Assembly (NCBI GenBank): GCA_963797095.1
Contig: CAWCNY010000003.1
Span: forward strand, 96,001 to 160,000
DNA from: an uncultured Chloroflexia bacterium
Lineage (GTDB): Bacteria > Chloroflexota > Chloroflexia > QHBQ01 > JADMIH01
Direction of reading: 5' to 3'
Length of the DNA: 64,000 nucleotides
Shown: positions 28,253-37,983 of the stretch, in pieces
How the letters are laid out: each line of letters begins with the position of its first letter
How positions within the stretch are numbered: position 1 is the stretch's first letter
Program-made: the position numbers and the translations under genes
Notes under the pieces: model-generated
Told to the model about the DNA's origin: nothing
What the model saw: only the letters and a program-made list of their open reading frames with translations
Databases searched by the model: none

Positions 28253-29188
28253 ATGCCGAAAAGGAGTGCGCAACCTGAGCTTTCCCCCGCCGGTCAGCAG
28301 GCGCTGGAACGGTATGCCACCGCACTACATGAGGGCGAGGATATCCGCCTGGTCACGCTACGCAACTATCTCAGCGACCTGCGCCAGTTCGCTGCCTGGT
28401 ATGAAGAGGTAGCAGCGGCTGGACAGGAACTCCCGATCTCCTTCGGCCCACAGCAGATCACAACTCCTACCGTTACTCGCTATCGGGATTATCTACAGGC
28501 TACGTGTGAACTGAAGCCGGCCTCGGTTAATCGAGCACTGATGAGCATCAAACGCTACTGCTCCTGGGCGCTGATGGAAGGGGAGATAGGCCGCGACCCA
28601 ACACGAGGTGTTAAGATGGTCGGGCAGGAAGGAGGCGGCACAGGCACCCATCATGTAACGGATGACGATGAGGACGCACTGGTAAGGGCGGTTACCGCTA
28701 CAGGATCACTGCGGGACCGAACGATGATCGTACTGATGCTGCACACGGGATTGCGGGTCGGGGAAGTGTGCAGGCTGAAGCGCTCGGACCTGACACTAAA
28801 TAAGCGTAGCGGTAGCGTGCAGGTGCATGGCAAGGGGAACAAATATCGAGAGGTGCCACTGAACACCACGGCTCGTAATGCATTGCAGGAATACCTGGTG
28901 GTGCTTCCTAAAGAAAGCGGTTATGTGTTCCCCTCGGAGAAGACGGGGCAAGCACTGACGGAGCGAGCGGTGGGGTACATAGTGAAGAAGTATGCACGAG
29001 CAGCCAAGATACCACAGTTGAGAGCGCATGATCTACGGCACCGGTTCGGGTACCGCATGGCGGCGGTAGTGCCACTGCACCGGTTGGCGCAGATCATGGG
29101 TCACGACTCGCTGGACACGACGATGGTCTACATCAAGGCAACCAGGGCTGATCTGCAACAAGCGGTAGAGAAGATCTCCTGGACGTAG
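28253..29188 (+). CDS. tyrosine recombinase (TnpI-like resolvase)
   Basis: TGLRVGE, GKGNK, HDLRH, MGH and TMVY motifs; lies inside the Tn3 IRs. Confidence 0.92.
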   Translation: MPKRSAQPELSPAGQQALERYATALHEGEDIRLVTLRNYLSDLRQFAAWYEEVAAAGQELPISFGPQQITTPTVTRYRDYLQATCELKPASVNRALMSIKRYCSWALMEGEIGRDPTRGVKMVGQEGGGTGTHHVTDDDEDALVRAVTATGSLRDRTMIVLMLHTGLRVGEVCRLKRSDLTLNKRSGSVQVHGKGNKYREVPLNTTARNALQEYLVVLPKESGYVFPSEKTGQALTERAVGYIVKKYARAAKIPQLRAHDLRHRFGYRMAAVVPLHRLAQIMGHDSLDTTMVYIKATRADLQQAVEKISWT

Positions 29189-29369
29189 CCTATGGACGCT
29201 ATGGACGTGGGTGGCATGGGCATGGATGGCCAACCGAGCACGGTGCAACGGTATCACGCATCGCCAACGCGAACGCTGGTCTGGCCCGTCCTATGTCCTA
29301 TTTTCGCTCGTATCACGTTCATGGGCGATCAACGGAAGGTGCGTATTTCTTCCACCAGCTACTTCCTTG

Positions 29370-29398
29370 TTGATTACCTTTACGGATTAGTCTATACT
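29370..29398 (+). promoter_or_regulatory. sigma70-type promoter
   Basis: TTGATT-17 bp-TATACT, ending 7 nt before GTG 29406. Confidence 0.55.
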
Positions 29399-29405
29399 TT
29401 GCCCC

Positions 29406-30437
29406 GTGGATATTCAGAGGTCAGATGACTACAAGGGTCTTCTACAGGCGCTCAAGGAACGTGTAGCCCAGGCGCAACTCGCCGCCTTGAAAGCGGTAAA
29501 CCGCGAACTTGTCGCTTTATACTGGGACATTGGCCGCACAGTAGTTGAAAAGCAAGAGCAGTATGGATGGGGCGAGGGTATCATTGACCGGCTAGCTGGC
29601 GATCTCCAAAGTGAGTTCGCTGGTGTCCGAGGATTTTCGCCACGCAACCTGCGTAATATGCGCCGCTACTACCTGACCTACAAGGACGAACCAAATTTGC
29701 AGACAGTGTCTGCCAAATTACCCTGGTCTCACAACACCCTCATCATCGAGCAGTGCAAAGATAACAAGCAAAGGCTTTATTACCTGGACATTGCCGACAA
29801 ACTGCATTTGTCATATCGTGCTTTGGAAAGACAGGTGCACGGGGGTGAGTATGAGCGGTATTTGCTCAACCAAACTAACTTTCCGCAGACCCTATCGCCT
29901 ACGCAAGCCGAACAGGCGCTGCTGGCCGTCAAGGACGACTACAATCTCGATTTCTTGGGCCTTTCAGAGGAACATACCGAGCGCGAACTCGAAGAGGCGC
30001 TGGTACACAACATCACCAAGGTTTTGCAAGAAATGGGCGGGTACTTTGCCTTCGTGGGCCGCCAAGTGCGTTTAGAGGTGAATGGCCAGGAATATTTCGT
30101 GGATCTCCTCTTCTATCACCGCAAACTCAGATGCCTGGTAGCAGTGGAGTTGAAGGCTGGCCCTTTTCAGCCGGAGCACGCGGGCAAGATGCAGTTCTAC
30201 CTGTCGGCGCTCGACGACCAGGTCCGGCTCGAAGATGAAAACACCTCCATCGGCATCATTGTGGCGCGAAGCAAGGACAGAACGGTGGTTGAGTACACTT
30301 TGAGAGGCGAGAGCCAGCCGATAGGAGTTGCAAGCTATAATCAATACGAGAATTTGGATGGCATGCCAGAGCGCATATCCAAGTATCTGCCTTCCCCCTC
30401 CGAGATTGTCGAAAAGCTCGACGAGCTACCGCAATAG
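29406..30437 (+). CDS. YhcG/DUF1016 PD-(D/E)XK nuclease-family protein
   Basis: VNRELVALYWDIG, GFSPRNL, LPWSHN, VDLLFYHRKLRCLVAVELK and GKMQFYL. Confidence 0.92.
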   Translation: MDIQRSDDYKGLLQALKERVAQAQLAALKAVNRELVALYWDIGRTVVEKQEQYGWGEGIIDRLAGDLQSEFAGVRGFSPRNLRNMRRYYLTYKDEPNLQTVSAKLPWSHNTLIIEQCKDNKQRLYYLDIADKLHLSYRALERQVHGGEYERYLLNQTNFPQTLSPTQAEQALLAVKDDYNLDFLGLSEEHTERELEEALVHNITKVLQEMGGYFAFVGRQVRLEVNGQEYFVDLLFYHRKLRCLVAVELKAGPFQPEHAGKMQFYLSALDDQVRLEDENTSIGIIVARSKDRTVVEYTLRGESQPIGVASYNQYENLDGMPERISKYLPSPSEIVEKLDELPQ

Positions 30438-30543
30438 GCTGTGCTGTCCATCTAGGTATCCGAACTTGAAAACGCCCATGAAAAGCTGCGGATGACGTAT
30501 GTAGCCATGGCAGGCACCAAGCGGTGATGACTGGAGGTGGTTT

Positions 30544-30768
30544 GTGATGATTGAGGACGCTTCTCAATCTAATTACGAACGTGTGTATGCTATTGTACGT
30601 GTCGACTTATTTCACGGTACGGATACTTCACCCGAGAACAAGATTACGGTGAAGAAGATAGTGAGGACTCCAGAGCATGCTGCACAAGAAGTCGATCGTC
30701 TCAACAACCTAAAGAGTGCTAATAAGTCAATATACTTCTGGCAGGTTACGCGAATGGAGCGTGAGTAA
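30544..30768 (+). CDS. small hypothetical protein
   Basis: GGAGG RBS; 74-aa ORF with a plausible globular sequence. Confidence 0.55.
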   Translation: MMIEDASQSNYERVYAIVRVDLFHGTDTSPENKITVKKIVRTPEHAAQEVDRLNNLKSANKSIYFWQVTRMERE

Positions 30769-30850
30769 AATATGAATTTAGGAAGCCCAACTTATATGCA
30801 AGTGTCAAGAGTTGGGATGCGCGAACTCCTTAAAGTACTCCCCATTGTCA

Positions 30851-31850
30851 GGTTCATCGTCACTTTAGGTGAAGGCGGGTAGCCAGATTAGGCCGCGTCC
30901 AGTACACGCCTCTGCAACAGGTCGAACTTTGCCCGCCCATACATTTCGCGCTTTTTCAGCTTCAGCCGGTTCACCTGTCCCTCCGTCTGTCCATTGCTCC
31001 ATTGCTCAGTCAGCCCTGCCACTACAGCAGCTTTGTCTCGCTCTATCCCTTGGGCGAAGTTGTGCAGGTCTATCAGCTTGCTTGATTTAGCTCGGCTCAA
31101 CCAGCCATCCAACTGCTCTTCGTTGCCCGTCCTCTCACGTACCATACTCAGGAATTCCTGCACCAATGGGTATGCGATGGCGATGTCCTGGCTCACCCGC
31201 TTCAACTGCATGAGTGCTGCCTGCTCCACCATGCTCAGGCTCTGCCCCTCTCTGATCAGAAAGTAGCTGAACTGCACCGAGGACGGGATGCGTTCCTCCT
31301 TCTCTTTGCCCTGCTTCTCCTTGCCCTGCTTCTCCTTGCCCTGCTGCCCTTGCTTCGCACGATCGCCCGCAGTGCTTGCCCCATTTGCGTCGTTTACCTG
31401 CGGCTGTAGAGCCTCTGAATACTCCGATGAATACTTCGAGTACTCGGAGTGCTTTCGGTATTTGCGCGGACCCGTCTTGGCCGGCTCCCGCCGCCGCTGT
31501 GCTACCCAGGTGGCCACCATCTTGCGTGAGCCACTATACCCTCGTTCTCGCAGTTCCCGCAAAAGCTGGGCTGCGTTCTCACACCCGTCCTGCCATCGCC
31601 GGTACAGGTATGGCAGGTAAGCATCGAGCATGCTGGGCTTGCTGCGTGGTTGACCCCTTATCGGAGCTTGGTCACTACGCAAGTAGTGGTAAACGGTGCC
31701 CCGGCTCATTCCTAGTTGCCTGGCGATGCCACGAATGCTCTCTCCACTGGCATACAAGGCATTCACTTTTGCATACCGCTCCTGCCGTTCGGCCCTGTGC
31801 AACTGCCGCCCGAGTGTTTCAGATTGGGAACGTCGTGCTGGCCGCCGCAT
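30851..31850 (-). pseudogene. ISL3-family transposase 3' remnant with one terminal IR
   Basis: GESIRGIARQLG HTH and WSNGQTEGQVNRLKLKKREMYGRAKFDLL; probable end GGTTCATCGTCACTTT at 30851; N-terminus missing. Confidence 0.8.
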
Positions 31851-32490
31851 GGGAGTGAAAGCGCAGCACCTGCAGCAGCAAAGGGACCATGCGGCGGTAG
31901 TGAGTGCCGTAGCTGCGGCGCATGACTGTGTGCACCTGTGCCTTGTACGGTCGACCGGTCGATTTGTGCTCCCGAACCAGGTCGCGCAGCTTCTGCTCGC
32001 CGACAACCGGATAGACGACATCGCGCACAAGTTCATCGGGGTGCTCAAGCGATACCTCGGCTATCTGATAGAGCAGTCCGGTCTTGCCTGCAACCCGTTT
32101 GAAGTCTTCGAGGAGGATCTTGTCTACACGCTGCTCAGCCGTAACACCAATCTTGTGCACGATGCCAATAAGCAAATCAACCAGACTATCCGTAATCTCC
32201 TGGCTGCGCAGCAGGCAGAACGCCGAGACCAGGGTAACCCTTACGGGGCGAGAATGACGTCGCACTTCTCGAACCGGCTCGGTTGCTACCCTATCTCGAT
32301 AGCGCTGGAGCAGCTTGGGCGACACTCCGGAGAAGAGGTCCGGCGGCAGGGTGGTCGTGACCTGTCGAAGACGCTGAAGCTTAGCAATCTCACGCAGCAT
32401 GCTGTCCAAACCGATCCGACCGGGGTCAGCCTTCAAATCCAGAAACGTCACGCGCCCCTGGCATATACAACCTCGCAGAGGACGAAGCAT
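31851..32490 (-). pseudogene. internal fragment of a second Tn3-family transposase
   Basis: LKADPGRIGLDS...DSLVDLLI..VHKI...VVYPVVGEQKL...SYGTHYRRM..LL..LRFHS; only ~210 aa, fused to the ISL3 remnant. Confidence 0.8.
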
Positions 32491-32528
32491 GCCTCGACCC
32501 TACAAGGCTTTGCTTTGTTGATGGTGTG

Positions 32529-35500
32529 CTAAGGGCCGCCGGAGGCGATGGTGACTATCTTGGCTACCTGTCCCCTGGTGGCGTTGGCGGCGGGAAGGAA
32601 GTAGGGCCTGTTCCACTGGTCGCAAGGCTCGTCAGCGCTGCCGCACGTGTAGCCGTTGATCATGCCCGCTCCTGAGATGGCCTCGATGTAGGGGGCGAAA
32701 GTGTGGTCGGCAGGCACGTCGGCGAAAGTGGGGCGGTCGGGTGTGAGGAGCGCGTAGCCCTGTGACAGAGCGATCACCTTGGCAAGCTGCCCTCGCGTGA
32801 TGATGTTGCCGGGACGGAAGTAGGGCCTGCTGTTGGCATCGCAAGGCTCGGAGGGCGCGCCACAGGCATAGCCGCTGATGACGTTGTAGGCGGCAGCGGT
32901 CTCCGCGTACAGGTAGAAGGCCGAATCGCGGGGGACATCAGCGAACGTGGCCTCGTCGTGCTTGGGGTTGAGGAGCGCCCAAGCGGAGGCGTTCACCACC
33001 ATCTTAAGGAGTTGGGCACGAGTTACATTGCGCCCTGGGCGGAAGTATGTGCCGGGGCAAGGCTCACCGTCTGTGCCACATTCGTAGCCGGATATGTAGC
33101 CGCGCTCGTCCATCCAGCTTACGTATGGTGCAAAGGGGTCGCCCGCATACACGTCGTTGAAAGCCGCCTGTATGGGTGTAGAGGTAAGCGAGGGCGGAGG
33201 CACGGCAGCGGTGGCGGTCCCTTGCCAGAACCCACCTATCGGGCATGACGGCCCGGCGTAGCTGATCCAGAGACCCCAGGCGTGTAGGGTGCCGGTATCC
33301 CAGGGGCCGCCGTCCTGCACCTCAAGGGTCCAGGTGCCGTTGGACATCTTGCCCACGAACACGTTAAGAGAGCCTTCTTCAGGCAGATATGCACCCTGGC
33401 CCGGCGGGCAGGTCGTGCCAAGCACGGGCGCACCGGAGCGCGCCAGGCTAAAGCCGGTGTTTCCGGGAGTCCATACCTCACTGCCACATACGTGGGTGAA
33501 AAGGGCTGTGCGGGTGCCGTCAGGCCCGGTCAAATAGGCCGACAGGTCGCTGGCGTAGGTGTGTTCGAGGGTGAGGCTCACCACGCGAATGTCGGCTATG
33601 GTGCCTGCATCGCCTACTGTGAGGGTGGAAGTGGTCACCCCCTGGTCGGGTACGGCCTTGGGCACGTCGGCGCTGCTATAGGTCAGCGCGCAAACAGGAG
33701 TTGCCGGTGGCGTGCCCGTAATCCCAACGGACGGTGTAGCGGTGGCAGTTCGGGCCAGTGTCGCCGTGCGAGTGGGTGTACGGGTAACGGTTGGCGTTCG
33801 CGTCAGGGTGGGGGTGCGGCTAGGCGTGCGCGTGCGGGTAGGAGTTTGGGATGGCGCGCCGGTTGGAGTGCGCGTGGGTGTTCGAGAGGGCGTGGAGGAA
33901 TAAGTCGCCGTGGATGCGGGCGGGTGAGTGGGAGTGAAAGTGGAAGAGGGCGGAGGTGTGTTGGTGCGGGTAGCCGAGGGTGGCGGTGATGCAGGGGTAA
34001 GGGTGGCGGTAGGGGTGCCTCCGGTGCAGGGATTCGCGTAGGTGATACGCAGGACCCAGGCGTGCAGAGTGCCGGTGTCGTACTGGCCTCCGTCCTGTAC
34101 CTCTAGCGTCCAGGTGCCGGCGGCCTGCCCACCGGCGAGGGGCGTGAGCGAGCCTTCTTCGGGCAGATAAGTGCCCTGGTTGGGCGGGCAGACGGTGCCC
34201 ATTACCTGCGAAGCCGATTGAGAGATTGCGAAGCCGGTGTTTCCGGTCGTCCATGCGCCGCTGCCGCATACATGGGTGAAAAGGGCTGTGCGAACGCCCT
34301 GCGGGTTGGTCAGGTAGACAAGGAGGTCGCTGGCGTATGTGTGGTCGATGGTGAGGCCGGTCACTTCCACGGAAGCCACAGTGCCGGGCGCGTTTACAGT
34401 GAGAGTGGAGGTGGCGCTGCCCTGGTCGGGGATCGCTTTCGGTACATCGAGGCTTGTGTAGAGCACCGAGCAGGCGGAGCCAGGCGTGGGGGTGGACGTT
34501 GCAGCCATAGTGGGTTGCGGGGTAGAGGTGCGGGTGCGCGTCGGGCTGGACGCTACAGGGGTCCATGTGCGCGTGGGAGATGTGGCAGGGAGGCCCGTGG
34601 CCGTGGGAACCTGCGGCATGGGGGTACGCGTGGGCCGTGGCGGGGTCTTGTAAAAGGTCTGGCCGGTGCAGGGGCGGGGTGTGCCGTCCCATGCGCCGGT
34701 GAAGCGGTCGATAATGTTAGCCATCAGCTGCTGGATGCGCGGGTCGGCGGCCTGCGACTGGTAGGCCGGTTGGAACACCTCGTTGGAGTAGGTGTGGTCC
34801 ATCAGGCCCCACGAGAAGAAGATGCTGCCTGCGGCAAAGACCTGCGCGCCGCTGCTTGCCGTGTAGATGGTGGAGTCATGTGGAAGAGGCATCCCGTGTG
34901 GGTCGGAGAGGGTGCTGTGAGCCAGCCACTGGATGCCTGGCGGCGTGTAAGGGTCGGCTGTGAGACCGTCCCACTCCTCGCCGATGATGTTGTTCACCTG
35001 ATCGCCCGGCTGGAGTCCTGTGCAGTCGAAGTACCAGGAGGAGGCGGGAGCGACCGCCACCCACGGGTAGTTGTATAGCTCCTCGTCGTAATAGGATTGG
35101 TAGTTGGAGCCGATCAGAGAGTTTTCGGGCCTGCCAAGATCGCGGAAGGTGATCGTTTTGGGTGTGGGGGCGGGTGCAGGGTCCAGCACCTCATCTTTGT
35201 AGCCGACCATTACGCGGTTGGGTCCATTGGCGGAGGCTTCGAGGCGGATGTTCCAGAACGACTCGTTGGCGGAGGCGAAGATCATGTTTACGCCGGAGTT
35301 GAGCACGTGCTCGACGTTGGTGCGCTCGTCCCAGGTCCAGTACTCGTCGTGGCCCATCACCATGAAGGCCGAGTGGCCCAGCAGGATGTTGGGGTTGGTG
35401 GCGCGGTCAACGTCGCTGATGTAGGTCACGTCGAAGCCGGATGCTTCGAGCCAGCGCACCATCTCGTGGTCGTGCGAGAAGAAACCGCCGGTGCCCGCAC

Positions 35501-36332
35501 CGCCCAGGTAAGGGCGGTCGAAGGACACCTTGTAAGCGCGGTCGCGGCCCTCGTTGTTGCCTGAGTAGTAGAGGCTCTCGCCTCCATAGCGGTTGTAGGC
35601 CTGGTTGGTTTTGGTCGGTTCCATCACCAGCAAGGGTGACTGGTAGGAGTCGTTGCGCACGATGAAGTAGACGAAGAAGCGGTAGCCGTTGTTTGAGTCG
35701 ATCCGCAACAGGTATATACCAGACAGCCAGTTGGGATCGGTATTGATGGTGAGGGAGGCCGACCAGGGGCAGGAGACGAGTCCGGTAACTCTGTCGCGGG
35801 TGCAGCTCGGCTGCGATGGAGTGGAGAACGGGCCGTAGGAGGCGTAGAAGCGGGCACCGTGGCCCTGGTAGTAGCCGAGGCGGTAGAGGCGCGCGGTGGC
35901 CGACGAGCCGGTAGATTTGATGTGGATGCCAATGGGGCTGCCCGCGTTCACGCTGGCCGCGCCCGCATAGGCAGAGAAGGTGTTGAGGTCGTAGTTGCCT
36001 ATGCTGGCCCACTCGTCGGTGCCCTGTAGGGCGTTTTCGTCGGTGATCCGGCTTGAGCGGGGGCTAAGGGCAGATGGATATTCGCTGAACGGCCCGGCCT
36101 CGGTGTAGGGCTGCGTGGAGTCGTCGGGGTAGGGCGCGAAGGCAGAGTGGGGGTTTGACACATGGCAGACCCCGGAGCCGGAGGCACCCGTAGCGCCTGT
36201 CTGCTCATTCGGAGAGACAGGCTGGAGTATTACGAAGACGAAGGCCGCCAGGGCGACCAACATTGTCGCAAACGAGACAGGCGGGCCCAGGCGTCGAGCC
36301 AGGGAACCACCGGGGAACCGGATCATGCGCAC
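32529..36332 (-). CDS. secreted N,N-dimethylformamidase-beta-like domain protein with two proprotein-convertase P-domains and SLH domains
   Basis: QAYNRYGGESLY, VSFDRPY and GHDEYW; two HTYASDL..L..P.G / GTWTLEVQD...DTGTL domains; PT linkers; TRGQ SLH motifs. Confidence 0.82.
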   Translation of the reverse strand: MRMIRFPGGSLARRLGPPVSFATMLVALAAFVFVILQPVSPNEQTGATGASGSGVCHVSNPHSAFAPYPDDSTQPYTEAGPFSEYPSALSPRSSRITDENALQGTDEWASIGNYDLNTFSAYAGAASVNAGSPIGIHIKSTGSSATARLYRLGYYQGHGARFYASYGPFSTPSQPSCTRDRVTGLVSCPWSASLTINTDPNWLSGIYLLRIDSNNGYRFFVYFIVRNDSYQSPLLVMEPTKTNQAYNRYGGESLYYSGNNEGRDRAYKVSFDRPYLGGAGTGGFFSHDHEMVRWLEASGFDVTYISDVDRATNPNILLGHSAFMVMGHDEYWTWDERTNVEHVLNSGVNMIFASANESFWNIRLEASANGPNRVMVGYKDEVLDPAPAPTPKTITFRDLGRPENSLIGSNYQSYYDEELYNYPWVAVAPASSWYFDCTGLQPGDQVNNIIGEEWDGLTADPYTPPGIQWLAHSTLSDPHGMPLPHDSTIYTASSGAQVFAAGSIFFSWGLMDHTYSNEVFQPAYQSQAADPRIQQLMANIIDRFTGAWDGTPRPCTGQTFYKTPPRPTRTPMPQVPTATGLPATSPTRTWTPVASSPTRTRTSTPQPTMAATSTPTPGSACSVLYTSLDVPKAIPDQGSATSTLTVNAPGTVASVEVTGLTIDHTYASDLLVYLTNPQGVRTALFTHVCGSGAWTTGNTGFAISQSASQVMGTVCPPNQGTYLPEEGSLTPLAGGQAAGTWTLEVQDGGQYDTGTLHAWVLRITYANPCTGGTPTATLTPASPPPSATRTNTPPPSSTFTPTHPPASTATYSSTPSRTPTRTPTGAPSQTPTRTRTPSRTPTLTRTPTVTRTPTRTATLARTATATPSVGITGTPPATPVCALTYSSADVPKAVPDQGVTTSTLTVGDAGTIADIRVVSLTLEHTYASDLSAYLTGPDGTRTALFTHVCGSEVWTPGNTGFSLARSGAPVLGTTCPPGQGAYLPEEGSLNVFVGKMSNGTWTLEVQDGGPWDTGTLHAWGLWISYAGPSCPIGGFWQGTATAAVPPPSLTSTPIQAAFNDVYAGDPFAPYVSWMDERGYISGYECGTDGEPCPGTYFRPGRNVTRAQLLKMVVNASAWALLNPKHDEATFADVPRDSAFYLYAETAAAYNVISGYACGAPSEPCDANSRPYFRPGNIITRGQLAKVIALSQGYALLTPDRPTFADVPADHTFAPYIEAISGAGMINGYTCGSADEPCDQWNRPYFLPAANATRGQVAKIVTIASGGP

Positions 36333-36382
36333 GAAATCCTTCCCTGAGAAGAGACTGGAGAGCCACTCCCCAAGAGTCTACT

Positions 36383-36451
36383 ATATAAAGGGAAGGGTGT
36401 AATCACCCGATGGGGGTAGATATAAAGGGAAGGGTGTAATCACCCGATGGG
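36383..36451. repeat. 32-bp direct duplication containing the palindrome GGGTG-TAAT-CACCC
   Basis: ATATAAAGGGAAGGGTGTAATCACCCGATGGG at 36383-36414 and 36420-36451. Confidence 0.9.
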
Positions 36452-36473
36452 AGCAGATCGGTATGATGCGCGC

Positions 36474-37826
36474 TCAGGGAGCAAGCACAAGCCGCCCCTG
36501 GTGGCGCTGAAGATCAACTTCGACGTATCCGTGCGCGAAGTCGCGCCGCCAGAGGCCGGGGGAAACCTCCTGGCACGCGCCAAGGGGAGCGCCCAGTTGG
36601 CGGGCGGTGTCGTACTCAGGGTAGAGCCACATTTCGGAGTAATAGGAGTCGAAGCGGGTGTAGCGGAAGGTGGCCTGGGTGCCCTGTGCCACCAACAGGT
36701 AGGAGACGAGAGTGAAGCGCATGCGCTCGGCGTCGTCTTTCGGACCCTGGCCGACCATTATCAGGCCCTTGCCCATAGAGAGCCAACGCTCGGCGCGCTG
36801 GATCTGCGCCTGCCACTGGTCGGGCGTGCGCCAGCCGTCAAGCCACTGCACCGCGAACGACTCGTCCATCGCGCCGTCGAGGTAGGGCGCGTAGGCGTCC
36901 CAGGCATCGGCGCGCAGGCCCCCGCCTACGAGGTTGGCCCAGATAGGGTAGTCGCCCAGGGTCTCGCGGGCATCCGCCAGCCAGGTCTTGACGGCCTCGC
37001 GCCATGCATCGTCAGTGGCATACTCTTGCAGGCCGCCATCGCTGTTGGTCAGCTCCGACATCACCCGGCTGCGGTCAACGTCCACGTTGTCGAGCCAGAT
37101 GCCGTCGTAGAACCATGTATCTTTTATGTACTTAAGGCGCTCCATCGCGAAGGCGCGCCAGCCGGGGTCGGCGGGGTTCATCATATAGGCGTAGCGACCG
37201 GAGCCGAAGTAGTCGTCCACGATGCGCGCGCCCGAGGCGTTGTGCAGGAACCACGACTCGTTGGGGTGGATGTACTTGCAGAAGTCGCCGCTGTAGAAGG
37301 CAAGCTGGTTGTCGTGAGGCGTGTAGCTCTCGTCGCAGGAGGCAGAGGCGTCGCGGTACGGCCCCGGCCCCTCAACGGCGTTCATGGTGACGTAGGTGAG
37401 GATGGGGCCTTTGTAGCCTGCGCCGCGTAGCTGATTGCGGAAGGGGATATCGGCAGGCCCGGTGAGGTGGATGTAGCTGTGCTGATCGGCCAGTTGCTGG
37501 GCGGTGGTGCCGTCCTGGGGCGGCTTGTGGAACCAGGCGAGGCCGAACGGGGAGGGCTGATCGGTCGGGGCGGCGGTTGGCGGCACGCCTGCCTCGGTGG
37601 TGGAAACCGGCAGGCAAACAGGCATGCCGGGGATCCTGGGGCCGGTCTCAGAGGTCGCGAGAGCCTCCGGCTCCGACACGACAGCAGGCTGTTGGGCGGT
37701 CGCGGAGCTCGACCGGAACCAGCCGAGCCAGAGGGCAGCCACCACGAAGCCGGAGATGAGGAGCACGATGAAGCCCGCTACGGGCAGGATGGTAGGGAGG
37801 TTACGAGGTGGGGAGTTCCTGTCCAT
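36474..37826 (-). CDS. membrane-anchored putative glycoside hydrolase (TIM-barrel, GHL15-like)
   Basis: N-terminal TM, HPNESWFLH, MNPADPGWR, YDGIWLDN and WRRDFAHGYV. Confidence 0.7.
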   Translation of the reverse strand: MDRNSPPRNLPTILPVAGFIVLLISGFVVAALWLGWFRSSSATAQQPAVVSEPEALATSETGPRIPGMPVCLPVSTTEAGVPPTAAPTDQPSPFGLAWFHKPPQDGTTAQQLADQHSYIHLTGPADIPFRNQLRGAGYKGPILTYVTMNAVEGPGPYRDASASCDESYTPHDNQLAFYSGDFCKYIHPNESWFLHNASGARIVDDYFGSGRYAYMMNPADPGWRAFAMERLKYIKDTWFYDGIWLDNVDVDRSRVMSELTNSDGGLQEYATDDAWREAVKTWLADARETLGDYPIWANLVGGGLRADAWDAYAPYLDGAMDESFAVQWLDGWRTPDQWQAQIQRAERWLSMGKGLIMVGQGPKDDAERMRFTLVSYLLVAQGTQATFRYTRFDSYYSEMWLYPEYDTARQLGAPLGACQEVSPGLWRRDFAHGYVEVDLQRHQGRLVLAP

Positions 37827-37983
37827 AAACCTATCTTAGCGCCTCACACGCCGCGTGGCAATACGCCAATTGGGTGACGGTGGTGGGAGAAATGGTCATA
37901 TCGAGTATTGCGCACTGCGTATGGCGTACTGCGTGTTGCATATTGCTTATTGCCTGCGGAGTGAGTTGGTGCGTGGCTTGTGC

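Larger units (their letters stand above)
24923..29327. mobile_element. complete Tn3-family transposon with tyrosine resolvase (4405 bp)
   Basis: Perfect 38-bp IRs CGCCCATGAACGTGATACGAGCGAAAATAGGACATAGG (24923-24960 and 29290-29327), flanked by a 5-bp TSD ATCAA (24918-24922 and 29328-29332). Confidence 0.96.

Noticed and set aside
30888-32048. 386-aa ORF as an intact transposase
   Set aside because: Its N-terminal part is an alternate frame of the Tn3 fragment; only the ISL3 C-terminal portion is genuine.
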